From an uncultured delta proteobacterium (GTDB taxonomy: Bacteria > Desulfobacterota > Desulfobacteria > Desulfobacterales > Desulfatirhabdiaceae): 64,000 nt of DNA. Under the pieces are notes generated by a model. It was not told where the DNA came from and made no database searches. It saw nothing but the letters and a program-made list of their open reading frames with translations. Where the stretch lies: NCBI GenBank assembly GCA_963789395.1, contig CAWBKP010000024.1, positions 1-64,000 on the forward strand, written 5' to 3'. Position numbers and translations under genes: made by a program. Below, piece by piece: positions 45,724 to 56,346 of the stretch (position 1 is its first letter; the number at the start of each line of letters is the position of its first letter).

Positions 45724-45798
45724 ATGAACTTGAAAGTGTGTGAATTCAGCTTCCAGCAGAACATTCTACTGGTTGTGCTGGAAGCTTATATCAGCTGA
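45724..45798 (+). CDS. Candidate 24-aa small ORF / leader peptide
   Basis: GGAGG RBS then MNLKVCEFSFQQNILLVVLEAYIS-stop; below the ORF-track length cutoff. Confidence 0.35.
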   Translation: MNLKVCEFSFQQNILLVVLEAYIS

Positions 45799-45856
45799 GA
45801 GGAAGCGACCCATGTAACCATACTCCGTTATAACCATCAGCATTCAGGGAGGAGAT

Positions 45857-46468
45857 ATGAAAAAACAGCTTCTGAATTATGAAACCCTGCTTAAAATTAC
45901 AAAGGTCATTTCACATTCCAAAGATCCGGAAGAGGTTGTATTGATGACGGTGGAAGCCATTAAAACGGCATTGGATGTGAAAGGGTGTACGATTTTTTTG
46001 ACCAATCGTGAAACCAACAATCTGGAAATCGCTGCTTCTTATGGTTTAAGCGATGAGTATCTGAACAAGGGGCCGGTTAGCGCATTGCGCTCGATTTCCC
46101 AGTCTCTGGATGAAGGGCCGGTAGCAATTTTCGATGTTACGGATGACCCAAGATTACAATATGCGGAGGCGGCGAAAGCCGAGGGGATCTCATCCATTCT
46201 ATCCGTGCCCATCGTTGCCGCCGGTCGTCCGATTGGTGCATTGCGCGTGTATACATCCGAACCCTGGGAATTCACCCTGGATGATGTCAATTTTGTTCAG
46301 GCAATGGCTTACATGACCGGCATGGCTATCGAAATGGCCAAACATTACAAGGGGATGAAGGATAGTATCGAGGTGTTGAAAACACTCAGAGATCCAAAAA
46401 CATTGAAATCCAGGCGGCGGACACTTTATGAAGGTGTCCCGGTAAGTTTCCCTGCCATGAGAGCTTAG
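45857..46468 (+). CDS. Stand-alone GAF domain protein
   Basis: AASYGLSDEYLNKGP, EGISSILSVPI, IGALRVY; GGAGGAG RBS. Confidence 0.9.
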   Translation: MKKQLLNYETLLKITKVISHSKDPEEVVLMTVEAIKTALDVKGCTIFLTNRETNNLEIAASYGLSDEYLNKGPVSALRSISQSLDEGPVAIFDVTDDPRLQYAEAAKAEGISSILSVPIVAAGRPIGALRVYTSEPWEFTLDDVNFVQAMAYMTGMAIEMAKHYKGMKDSIEVLKTLRDPKTLKSRRRTLYEGVPVSFPAMRA

Positions 46469-46717
46469 TGAAATGACTTAACCTTTGCGCGATCCGGATT
46501 GATGTCCCATTTTTTCCGATAATCGAAAAGAATAACCGTCCGTATTCAAGTATTGGAGACCATCGTTAAGGCAAACCGGTCTTCCATGAAAAAAAGGGGG
46601 GCCGGTTTGAGTTCATTTAAGAAATTATCAGTAAGAAATGGACAATCTTCACGCGTATTTTTCCATACATTCAGTAACCGGAGTTCATTTCTGTCTGATG
46701 AAACAAGAGGTGCCTCC

Positions 46718-48277
46718 ATGCCATTGGCTAACGGCTGGACAATAGTGTTGATGGACGATGAAGCAGATATACGCGATATCATGACCCTGACACTACAGGA
46801 CTCCGGCTACCGGGTCTTTACAGCGCCGGATGGTCATTCCGGTATCGACCTCTGTGAGCAGATCCATCCTCAGTTGGTCATTACGGATATCCGCATGCCG
46901 GGCATGGATGGCATTCAGGTGTTGCGGGTTTTAAAGGAACGTCTGCCGGAAATCGAGGTCATTGTTGCCACTGCTTTTGGCGAAATGGATCTGGCCATTC
47001 GTGCCCTGCAACTGGATGCCTCCGACTTCATCACCAAGCCCATCAGTGACAGCGCGTTGTTTCTGGCCTTAAATCGCGCCCAGGATCGCTATACTTACCG
47101 AAAACAGATCAAGGATTACACCCGGTTACTCGAAACCGAAAACGCCAGAACCTCCCAGGAACTGGCCGCAACCATCGCCTTCCAGAAAAATTTAATCGAA
47201 AGTTCCATGGATGGTATTCTCGGATGCAATAAAGCCGGAAGGGTGATGATTTATAACAAAGCCATGGAAAGGCTTCTGGGGTATTCCAAGAAGGATGCGC
47301 TCGAGTACCTGAGTCTTGATCAGGTCTTTCCTCCGGATGAACGGAGTCGTTTCAACTCGGTTCTCTCCAGCGAGGCATACGGCGGAAAAAACAGGTTGTT
47401 TCTGCATGAAACCTGCCTGCTTACCAGCTCGGGAAGCCGGATTCCGGTCCAAATATCGGCAGCGGTGCTCGCAGAAGAGAAAACGAGCAGCGGTCTGGTC
47501 TGTTTTATCCGGGATTTAAGAGAGCTCCGGCGCCTGGAGCAGGAAATGTCGGATCAGGCCAGAATCCTCCATCAGGATAAAATGATGTCCCTGGGTCGCC
47601 TGGCTGCCAGTGTTGTCCATGAAATCAACAACCCGCTGGCCGGCATTCTCAACTACATCTGCCTGATGCGCCGGGTCCTGGATCGCGGTCCACTTGCAGC
47701 CGACCACCAGGATAAATTCAGACAGCATCTGGAGCTTGTTGAAAGCGAAACCCGTAGATGTTCACAGATCGTATCGGGCCTGTTGACATTTTCCAGAAAA
47801 TCGCCCGCGTCTTTTGAGCGGGTTCAAGTTGATGACCTGATCAACCGCTGCATTCAGCTGAGCCAGCACAAAATCCAGCTCAGCCGCATTGCTTACACGC
47901 TTTCCATTTCCCCTTCGCTGCCGCCGGTAATTGGAGATTTCAATCAGTTGCAGCAGTGCCTGATCAATCTGCTATTTAACGCCATCGATGCCATGCCGGA
48001 TGGCGGCACCCTTGATATTTCGGCAGATGCGGATTTGCCCGGAACAGAGATCTCTATTCAGGTAAAGGATTCGGGTCCCGGAATTGCGCCAACAGATATT
48101 CCCCATATTTTTGAGCCGTTTTATACAACCAAGAACGAGGGCCATGGGGTAGGGCTCGGGCTTTCAACGGTTTACGGCATCATGGAGCGGCACCACGGCA
48201 GTGTGCAGGTGGAAAGCCGGATCGGGAAAGGAACCACATTCACCCTGAAACTTCCGATCGAAGAGGGGGGGCAATGA
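46718..48277 (+). CDS. Cytoplasmic hybrid kinase REC-PAS-HisKA-HATPase
   Basis: MDDE...TDIRMPGMDG...TKP; PAS; VVHEINNPL, NLLFNAIDAM, FYTTK, GLGL; GAGG RBS before ATG 46718. Confidence 0.93.
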   Translation: MPLANGWTIVLMDDEADIRDIMTLTLQDSGYRVFTAPDGHSGIDLCEQIHPQLVITDIRMPGMDGIQVLRVLKERLPEIEVIVATAFGEMDLAIRALQLDASDFITKPISDSALFLALNRAQDRYTYRKQIKDYTRLLETENARTSQELAATIAFQKNLIESSMDGILGCNKAGRVMIYNKAMERLLGYSKKDALEYLSLDQVFPPDERSRFNSVLSSEAYGGKNRLFLHETCLLTSSGSRIPVQISAAVLAEEKTSSGLVCFIRDLRELRRLEQEMSDQARILHQDKMMSLGRLAASVVHEINNPLAGILNYICLMRRVLDRGPLAADHQDKFRQHLELVESETRRCSQIVSGLLTFSRKSPASFERVQVDDLINRCIQLSQHKIQLSRIAYTLSISPSLPPVIGDFNQLQQCLINLLFNAIDAMPDGGTLDISADADLPGTEISIQVKDSGPGIAPTDIPHIFEPFYTTKNEGHGVGLGLSTVYGIMERHHGSVQVESRIGKGTTFTLKLPIEEGGQ

Positions 48278-49996
48278 AGTCCGAACCGCGTCTTTTGGAC
48301 AAACATATTCAAAGCGGCCAATGCCTGAATGTACTGGACGAATTGAACATCGGTGCTCTGATCATCGACAACCAGCGGCGAATGTCTGCGATGAATTGCA
48401 CGGCTCAGGCACTTCTTGGACTGAAGGAAGAGGAAGTTCTCGGCAAGGATTGCCGGGAGGTCTTCTGCGGCGTCCCCTGCATGGTGAAGTGCCTGTTCAA
48501 GGAGGGGGAGGAATGGGATGGAGAGACTTTCCCGGCTGTTTCTGAAAGCAAAGATCCCCAGCAGCTTCCTCACCCGGCTTGCCACGCCCATTTATGACGC
48601 ACGGGGCCGGGTTGCCGGATGTCTGACCATTCTTCAGGATCACTCCCCAATCGTCGATCTCATCAACCGGGTACATTTTGAAGAACGCAGCCTGAAAATG
48701 ATTCTGGAAAATCTGGACATCGGCATTTTTACGGTCAACAAGGGGGGGCACGTCACATTTTTAAATGCTGAAGCAGAAAAAATTACCGGCTACTGCCGCC
48801 AGCAGATTCTGGGGAAGCCCTGTTCAGCCCTGTTTTCTGGAAATGATTCTCGGGATATCTGTTTACTCAAGGATTCCATCGCAGACGGAAAAACCCGAAT
48901 CTTCGACAGCGGTCGAATCACCATCAGCAGCGGGAGGACCATTCCGGTTCGCGCCAGCTATATGGCGCTGCATAACGAAAAAGGCAGTATTGTCGGAGGG
49001 CTTGCCACCTTTCATGATCTGACCGAGGTGAATCAGCTCAAGAAGGCCGTTACCGAGCGCTACACCTTTCAGGACATGATTGGCAAGGACCCCTCCATGC
49101 AGAAAATATTCGAAATGGGCAGGGTCGTTGCCATGAGCGATGCTTCGGTGCTCATCGAAGGTCCCACCGGGACAGGCAAGGATCTTCTGGCCAAAATCAT
49201 TCATTCTATTGGCCGGCGAAGCGCCAAGCCGTTCATAAAAGTCAACTGCGCGGCGCTTCCCGACACGCTTCTGGAATCGGAAATGTTCGGCTATGTCAAA
49301 GGCGCCTTTACCGGGGCGTTTCAAAACAAGCCCGGCCGGTTTCAGCAGGCTGACGGCGGAACGATTTTTCTGGATGAAATCGGCGATCTGCCGCTCTCTC
49401 TACAGGCCAAACTGCTTCGCGTTCTGGAAGACAAGGATTTCTATCCTCTGGGAAGCCGGCATCCCGTAACCGTCGATGTCCGCATAATTTCGGCGACCAA
49501 CCGAGGCCTGGATAAACTGGTTGAGGAGCGGCTGTTTCGTGAAGATCTGTTTTACCGGCTGAATGTAGTGCGCATTGAGCTTCCCGCACTCAAAAACCGC
49601 AAATCGGATATCCCGCTGCTGATTCAGCAAAGCATGGGTCGACTGTGTCCGCCGGACAAAGGCCCGCCTCGCGCCATTTCCGATAAAGCCATGGATATTC
49701 TGCTCAATTATGATTATCCGGGCAATATCCGGGAGCTTGAAAACATTTTGGAACATGCGCTGATCGTCGGCCAGTCCGGATCCATTCTGCCGCATCATTT
49801 GCCGGATTACCTCCAGCAGTTCAGAACCGCCCGTTATCCGTCTGCCCAAAATGAACCGCTTCAGGACGCTGAACACCAAAAAATTATTCAAGCCCTGGAA
49901 ATCCAGAATGGAAACCGGGCGCAAGCCGCAAAATCCCTTCGAATAGACCGCTCCACCCTGTGGCGGAAGATGAAAAAATTCCGCATCCTTTGGTAA
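48274..49996 (+). CDS. PAS-PAS sigma-54 dependent activator; frameshift near 48568
   Basis: ATGA overlap with the kinase; GPTGTGKD, ESEMFGYVKGAFTGA, YPGNIRELEN, HTH GNRAQAAKSLRIDRSTLWRK. Confidence 0.92.
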
Positions 49997-50024
49997 ATAC
50001 CGGAATGAGATAATTGGTTAATTG

Positions 50025-50221
50025 TGTTGCAGTGTTGCAGGAATGTTGCGCAACATCGTTTTTGATTGCAACGTAATCGTCCGCTCATGACTGCGTTTTT
50101 CCCCCCTGAAAAATCTGTTTGCTGTGTCCCTAATAAACAAACATTGGCCTGAAAAGGCTTTAGTTCAATCATTTTTGTTAGCACCTGGTTTGGGTGCGTC
50201 ACAAATGGCACATTTCGTGCT
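50025..50221 (+). promoter_or_regulatory. Putative activator-binding sites plus sigma-54 promoter
   Basis: TGTTGCA twice, perfect palindrome ATGTTGCGCAACAT (50043-50056); TGGCACATTTCGTGCT (50206-50221) with GG-N10-GC. Confidence 0.7.
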
Positions 50222-50936
50222 TTAAAATGCAATAACCCCGCAAGCGAGGCTGAATTGCTCACGGCCCTCTGCTTAAAATGGTCATTGGGGTTCATAACAG
50301 CAATCAATAAACAACAAATATATCTCCGGCTTCCTTTTTCAAAGTCGGTATCTTGGTCATGTGCAGAAAAACTATCCGATGTTCAAAATCCGGGTAGGCT
50401 GTTCTATCTATTTGAAGCAACAAGTTGCCGCTAAATATCTGACTGATATGAAAACATTAATGCCTCATTCGATTGCGATCATAAGGCATTAAACAAATCC
50501 ACAGTTTCTCATCCAGTTTATTTAAAAAACCTTACCGGCAAGGCGTAATTGCCCATCTGTTCAGCGTCATCGAAACTGATTTCACTTATTTATCGTCAAA
50601 AAATATTGATTTTCTGATTATCGCAAAAAATGGCCTTCAACGGATACGTTGCCACCATGTCATCGGGAAATCCGGTATTGGAGGCTTTGCATTCGACGCG
50701 ATACAGAATTTTTCAATATTCTGAAATCCTGACTTCAACGCAATCATTCAGTTGGAAGTTTCTGTCATTATCAACAATAAGCCCTGTGTGTCACTTGAAA
50801 CCGGTTTCCGTGATGTTTCAGCGGTTGCTTTGGGGAGATTAAATCAGGGCGGCGAGGATATCTGAAGGGGGTGGTGTACGGATACCCGTTAATTCCCGGA
50901 TTATTGCAAAATCAACCATTTTCGAAAGGAGAGAGT

Positions 50937-52102
50937 ATGAAAGCGATAGCAATTTGTAAGGGATGTGTTGCGGGTCTGGCTTCGATATTCGTCTGCGTGA
51001 CCGTGATTGCTTTTGCGGGAGGCAGGCCCAGCCAAGAAACCGCCGGAAACAACCTTTCCTATCCGGTTATCTGGGCTGAGGGGGTGACTAAAACGCTTCC
51101 AGGCACAGCTGGCATGGATCCAAAACGGGATGGTGAGTGGTGGTATCAGTGGGGCACCAACGGCATCGATCCGAACATTACCCCGGCAAGCTGCAGGCCG
51201 GATCCGGACAATTCTGATTATTGTGATGATGGCGTAGCAGGCTCATGGGATTCATCTGCTGATCCACTCTATCTACCGGCGCAAAATCTTCTGCCTCTGG
51301 CGAAAGCATACCTTCAGAAGGATCCGGGTAATGTCTGGCAGGCCGGTTCCGCGGATTGGAGGGATTCCCCCGTTATTGTAGACGGGATCGATTGGGGTGA
51401 CAACCTGGAGTCTATGGACTGGTACACAAAATCCCAGGTGCGGATCGAGGTAGTGCTACTAAAAGATCTGAAGCCGGAGCAAAGTATGTGTGTATACGAG
51501 ATGCGGCACGTGTCAGGTTGGGGCATCGACGAGGTTCACGGGCTTGCCACATCTCCCGAAACAGGCCAAGTGAATCAGGAAGATGGTTTGAGTGCCACTG
51601 TCTACTCGCATTGCGCCCGGCTGACCATCCAGAAGCTGATGGTGAAACGAGACAATGAACAGCTTTCAGCACTCCAATGGAAGCCAGAATGCGGGTGGTA
51701 TGATTTTGGGGACAATCTGATCAATGCCCCTATTTTCAATAAAGCCGTTTACGAGGCTGGTGACGGCCCCGGCTACTATAACGCTGAAATCAACGTCAAG
51801 GGTCGTATTATCTACGGCTATACATGGAATGTAAGGCTACTTAACGATGGGCCGGGGGATTACCGCATCACGTTCAGCTTCGACGAGAGTTGCGGAACAT
51901 CGAGCCTTCACTCAACACATTTTTTGTCAAAGATACAACAAATATAATCAAGCCCTCTGAAGAAGAGCTCATTGCAGCGGCCATTGCATCTGAAACTGAG
52001 GCCGCTGAAGGCGGTGGTACCGCTGCGGTTAATTGGGATGATAATCTGACCTATATCGATGTGCGCATCCTTGAGCGCGGCGGTGGCGGAAAAAGACGAT
52101 AA
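50937..52102 (+). CDS. Exported protein of unknown function; frameshift near 51905
   Basis: AAGGAG RBS, signal-like N-terminus, Trp/Asp/Gly-rich body; continues in ORF 51890-52102. Confidence 0.75.
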
Positions 52103-52200
52103 ATTAAGTTGCTAATATAAATATCCTATTTCTGTCTGGGGTTCGACAATTCACACATCCGCCATTTCCTCGATTTGACAGGTAATTTCATGTGGAATTT

Positions 52201-52235
52201 TCCGACTCAAGGCGCCACGGTTGCCTTGAGTCGGA
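52201..52235. other. 13-bp perfect inverted repeat
   Basis: TCCGACTCAAGGC-9nt-GCCTTGAGTCGGA. Confidence 0.6.
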
Positions 52236-52460
52236 TAGGGTCTGCACTGCCGTTTAATTCTCGGTAGCATTTCAAGAACGCCGCCAAAAGCAAAGTTTGC
52301 GCTATCATCGAGTTGTTGCATATCGCCCAACATTTAGACGGTCAAGTTTGTTAACAATATATACTGTTCGGTCTTCTTCCTATGTTTTTTATGGCTTCAT
52401 TCTTCAACCGGCACACCATGGCGATTGTCTGTCCGACCCATATTTTCATCAGGAGCTATT

Positions 52461-52880
52461 GTGAACATACACCCGGCTCAGCCTTACATATTAGTGATTG
52501 ACGAGGATGACAATATGCGGTTTTTTCTGATCAATGTTCTGAAGACTGCCGGATTTAAAGTGACCGGGGTCGGTAAAGGATCGGAAGGGATTTTATCCGC
52601 AAAGGAGAAGTCTCCGGCCGTCATCATTTTGAATGTCATCATGCCGGATGAAGAAGCCCTATTCCTCTACGGTTGCTTCAGGCATGACGAATGCCTCAGA
52701 CACATTCCAGTCATCATGCTTTCCGGAATCGACCAGAAGACCTTCTTTCACTATCAGAAATATCAAGGGGCGCAGGCCCACGGCATTCCTTTTCCAGACG
52801 CCTATCTGGAAAACCCCCCTGAGGCGGAAGATCTGGTTAATACCGTTCGCAGACTGATTGGAAAAAAGGAAACGCCATGA
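52461..52880 (+). CDS. Single-domain response regulator with Asn at the phosphoacceptor position
   Basis: ILVIDEDD, PAVIILNVIMP, IPVIMLS, YLENPP; AGGAG RBS before GTG; ATGA overlap with hdrL. Confidence 0.82.
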   Translation: MNIHPAQPYILVIDEDDNMRFFLINVLKTAGFKVTGVGKGSEGILSAKEKSPAVIILNVIMPDEEALFLYGCFRHDECLRHIPVIMLSGIDQKTFFHYQKYQGAQAHGIPFPDAYLENPPEAEDLVNTVRRLIGKKETP

Positions 52881-55800
52881 CCATTCGAATCGGATTTTAT
52901 ATCTGTCACTGCGGCATCAATATCGCCGGCAAGGTCCGGGTTGTCGAAGTCGCCGATTTTACCGGAAAGCTTCGTCATGTAGCGGTGGCCAGGGACTATC
53001 GCTTTATGTGTTCGGATCCTGGCCAGGCCATGATCGAAAAAGATATTCATGATTTTGGACTGAACCGGGTGGTCGTGGCGTCGTGCTCTCCCCGGCTTCA
53101 CGAAAAAACCTTTCAGTCAGCCTGCAGGCGGGCCGGCCTGAATCCCTATATGTTTCAGATGGCTTCGGTCCGGGAGCAGGTCTCCTGGGTAACACTGGAT
53201 GAAGATGAGGCCACCCAGAAAGCCAAGTCACTGGCAGCAGCTGCCATCAGCCGGGTCGTTTTTCATCACAGCCTGGAAACCCGGGAAGTTCCGGTGCATC
53301 CGGATGTGCTGGTCGTGGGTGCCGGTATTGCCGGCATGCAGGCGGCGCTGGACATCGCGGCCGCCGATCATAAGGTGTATCTTGTGGAAAAATCCAGCAC
53401 CATCGGCGGCCACATGCTTCAGTTCGACAAGACATTTCCGACCCTGGACTGCGCGGCCTGTATCGGCACGCCCAAAATGGTGGATGTGGCCCAGCACCCC
53501 AAGATCGAGCTTCTGTCTTACAGCGAGGTGACCGAGCTGTCCGGTTATATCGGCAATTATACGGCCAGAATCCGGCGGCTGCCGCGATATGTGAAAGAAG
53601 GCATATGTACGGGCTGCGGGGAGTGCACCGCTGTTTGTCCGGTGATTCTGCCCAGCGAGTGGGATGAAGGCCTGGGAAACCGGAAAGCCGTTTTCCGGGC
53701 CTTTCCCCAGGCGGTTCCCATCACCTTCTGCATCGATAAAAACGACCGGGCTCCCTGCGTGGGCGCGTGTCCGGCCCATGCCAACGTTCAGGGTTATATC
53801 CAGCTCATCAAACAGAAAAAGTACAAGGAAGCGGTGCAGCTGATCATGGAGCGGATTCCCCTTCCCGGAGTCCTGGGACGGGTCTGCCCGCATCCCTGCG
53901 AGACGAAATGCCGGCGGGCCGAAGTGGATTCGGCCGTCGCCATTCGGGATTTAAAGCGATTTGCCGCGGACCAGGTGGACTTTAACACACTGGATATGCC
54001 GCTGATCGAAGAAAACAACCTGAAAGTGGCGGTGATCGGCTCGGGCCCGGCAGGGCTGACGGTTGCTTATGATATGCGGCTGAAAGGTTACGGTGTAAAT
54101 ATTCTGGAAGCACAGCCCAAGCTGGGCGGCATGCTGCGATACGGAATTCCCGACTACCGCCTGCCGCAGACCGTGCTGGATGCCGAGATCGGTTACATTC
54201 TTCGCATGGGAGTCACCGCCCGGTGTCAGGTCCGGTTCGGGCAGGACATCACCCTGAAAGATCTGGAACAGGAAGGGTACGGCGCCGTGTTTATGGGCAT
54301 CGGGGCTCAGGAATGTCTTAAAATCGGCATACCCGGCGAATCGGATACGCCCGGGGTGCTGGATGCCATCCGCTTTCTCCGGGAAGTAAACAAGCAATCC
54401 GAGACAACTCCCGATTTTGGCGGAAAGCAGGTGGCGGTCATCGGCGGCGGCAATGTCGCCATGGATGCGGCGCGGGTTGCCCGGCGCCTGGGCGCAGGCC
54501 GTGTAACCCTGGTTTATCGCCGCACGGAACAGGAAATGCCGGCTTACGCCGATGAAATCCACGAGGCCAGGGAAGAGAACATCGTGTTTCAGTTTTTGAC
54601 CCTGCCGGTCCGGGTGGTTCAGGCGCCGGACGGACGGGTTTCCGGGCTGGAATGTGTGGCTACACAATTGGGCGAATCGGATGCCGGCGGCAGGCGAAGA
54701 CCTGAAATCATACCGGATTCGGAATATATCATTCCCTGCGACTGGATTATTCCGGCCATCGGCCAGAGCGTTGATTCTTCATGGGCCGAGGAAACCTGCC
54801 CCCTGGAATGCTCGCCGAAAAACACCATCATCGTAAATCCCAAAACTCTTCAAACTTCCATCCCTCATGTTTTTGCCGGCGGAGATGCGGTCAGCGGTCC
54901 GGCGACAGTTGTGGATGCCGTGGCAGCCGGACATCGGGCAGCCGAAGCCATGGATCTATTTCTTCAGGGGCTTTCCCTTGATAGCCTGCAGTCGGAGATT
55001 TCCTATTCCGGACAAACCTGGAAAGAAATCCCCAATGATTGCATACCCAGAGAACGAGCTGAATTGTCCTGCCGGGAGCCGGGCAATCGTGCCGAGTGCT
55101 TTGAGGAAGTCTCCGCCGGGTTTTCCGAAACTGAGGCCCACGGTGAAACAGAGCGGTGCCTGAACTGCGGCGGGTGCTGCGAGTGCATGGAATGCGTCCG
55201 GGCCTGCGCTGCAAAAGCCATCGATCATACCATGACCGAAACATCCCTGGAAGTTCAGGTGGGAACCGTGATTCTGGCAACCGGGTTTGATCTGATGGAT
55301 CCTTCGCCCCTTTCCCAGTTTGGATACGGCGTGTTTCCCAATGTGTTTACGAGCCTTGAGTTTGAGCGGATCAGCAATGCCACGGGGCCAACAGGCGGCA
55401 AGATTCTGATGCGAGATGCCGCCGGAGAATTTACAACGCCTCCGGAAAGCGTCGCCATTCTGCATTGCATCGGCAGCCGGGATGTTAACTGCCATGAATA
55501 CTGCTCCCGTGTCTGCTGCATGGCGGCGCTGAAATACACGCATCTGATCAAGGAAAAAGTCGGCCATCACACCCGTGTTTATGATTTTTATATTGATATG
55601 CGCTGCTTTGGCGAAGGGTACGAAGAGTTTTACCGCAGGTGTCAGGAGGAAGGAACGCAGTTTATCCGTGGCAAGGTTGCCGAGATTACCGACCGGGCGT
55701 TGCGTCCGGAGGAAAAAGGCAAACTGATCGCGATTGCCGAGGATACCCTTCTGGGAAAATGCATCCGGGTCCCGGTGGATATGGTGGTACTGTGCTCGGC

Positions 55801-56305
55801 CATCGAAGCGCGAAAGGATGCCCTGTCCGTCGGCCGGATTTTCGGCGTCAATCTGGGGGCGGATGGGTTCTTCCTGGAAGAACATCCCAAGCTGGGGCCG
55901 CTCAATACGGCAACCGAAGGCGTCTTTATTGCCGGGGCCTGCCAGTCCCCCAAGGATATCCCCGACACGGTGGCACAGGCATCCGGCGCCGCGGCCAAGG
56001 CGCTCTCCCTGGCGTCCAGAGGCCGGGTGACGGTCCAGTCCGTCATTTCCTGGATCGATCCGGATATCTGTGCGGGCTGTCAGCTCTGTATCCCGCTCTG
56101 TCCTTACTCGGCCATCGAATTTGACGACCGCCGAAGCATATCGGTCGTCAACGAAGCCGTCTGCAAGGGCTGCGGAAGCTGTTCCGGAGCTTGTCCCAGC
56201 GGCGCGGCCCAGGTTCGGCATTTCAGAAAAGAGCACCTGTTCGCCGAATTTGAAGGGATGATGGATGTGATCTGCAGACTAGGAAGTCAGAAATCAGGAA
56301 GTTAA
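52877..56305 (+). CDS. hdrA: HdrA-like flavoprotein with inserted GltD/NfnB-like NAD(P)H module (HdrL type)
   Basis: CHCGINIA, MCS, SCSP, GAGIAG, FPTLDCAAC, ferredoxin motifs, insert LGRVCPHPCE...GSGPAG...GGGNVA...YRR...AGGD, then CIGSRD...CSRVCC and two C-terminal CxxCxxCxxxCP. Confidence 0.93.
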   Translation: MTIRIGFYICHCGINIAGKVRVVEVADFTGKLRHVAVARDYRFMCSDPGQAMIEKDIHDFGLNRVVVASCSPRLHEKTFQSACRRAGLNPYMFQMASVREQVSWVTLDEDEATQKAKSLAAAAISRVVFHHSLETREVPVHPDVLVVGAGIAGMQAALDIAAADHKVYLVEKSSTIGGHMLQFDKTFPTLDCAACIGTPKMVDVAQHPKIELLSYSEVTELSGYIGNYTARIRRLPRYVKEGICTGCGECTAVCPVILPSEWDEGLGNRKAVFRAFPQAVPITFCIDKNDRAPCVGACPAHANVQGYIQLIKQKKYKEAVQLIMERIPLPGVLGRVCPHPCETKCRRAEVDSAVAIRDLKRFAADQVDFNTLDMPLIEENNLKVAVIGSGPAGLTVAYDMRLKGYGVNILEAQPKLGGMLRYGIPDYRLPQTVLDAEIGYILRMGVTARCQVRFGQDITLKDLEQEGYGAVFMGIGAQECLKIGIPGESDTPGVLDAIRFLREVNKQSETTPDFGGKQVAVIGGGNVAMDAARVARRLGAGRVTLVYRRTEQEMPAYADEIHEAREENIVFQFLTLPVRVVQAPDGRVSGLECVATQLGESDAGGRRRPEIIPDSEYIIPCDWIIPAIGQSVDSSWAEETCPLECSPKNTIIVNPKTLQTSIPHVFAGGDAVSGPATVVDAVAAGHRAAEAMDLFLQGLSLDSLQSEISYSGQTWKEIPNDCIPRERAELSCREPGNRAECFEEVSAGFSETEAHGETERCLNCGGCCECMECVRACAAKAIDHTMTETSLEVQVGTVILATGFDLMDPSPLSQFGYGVFPNVFTSLEFERISNATGPTGGKILMRDAAGEFTTPPESVAILHCIGSRDVNCHEYCSRVCCMAALKYTHLIKEKVGHHTRVYDFYIDMRCFGEGYEEFYRRCQEEGTQFIRGKVAEITDRALRPEEKGKLIAIAEDTLLGKCIRVPVDMVVLCSAIEARKDALSVGRIFGVNLGADGFFLEEHPKLGPLNTATEGVFIAGACQSPKDIPDTVAQASGAAAKALSLASRGRVTVQSVISWIDPDICAGCQLCIPLCPYSAIEFDDRRSISVVNEAVCKGCGSCSGACPSGAAQVRHFRKEHLFAEFEGMMDVICRLGSQKSGS

Positions 56306-56346
56306 TAAATCGTGAAGAGCTGAACGGAAAGTCAGTTTATGAATAC

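Noticed and set aside
45794..45850. TPP riboswitch-like words (GCTGAGA...GACCC...AACC...AGGGA)
   Set aside because: The core ACCTGAT and the paired stems are missing, and the downstream gene is unrelated to thiamine.
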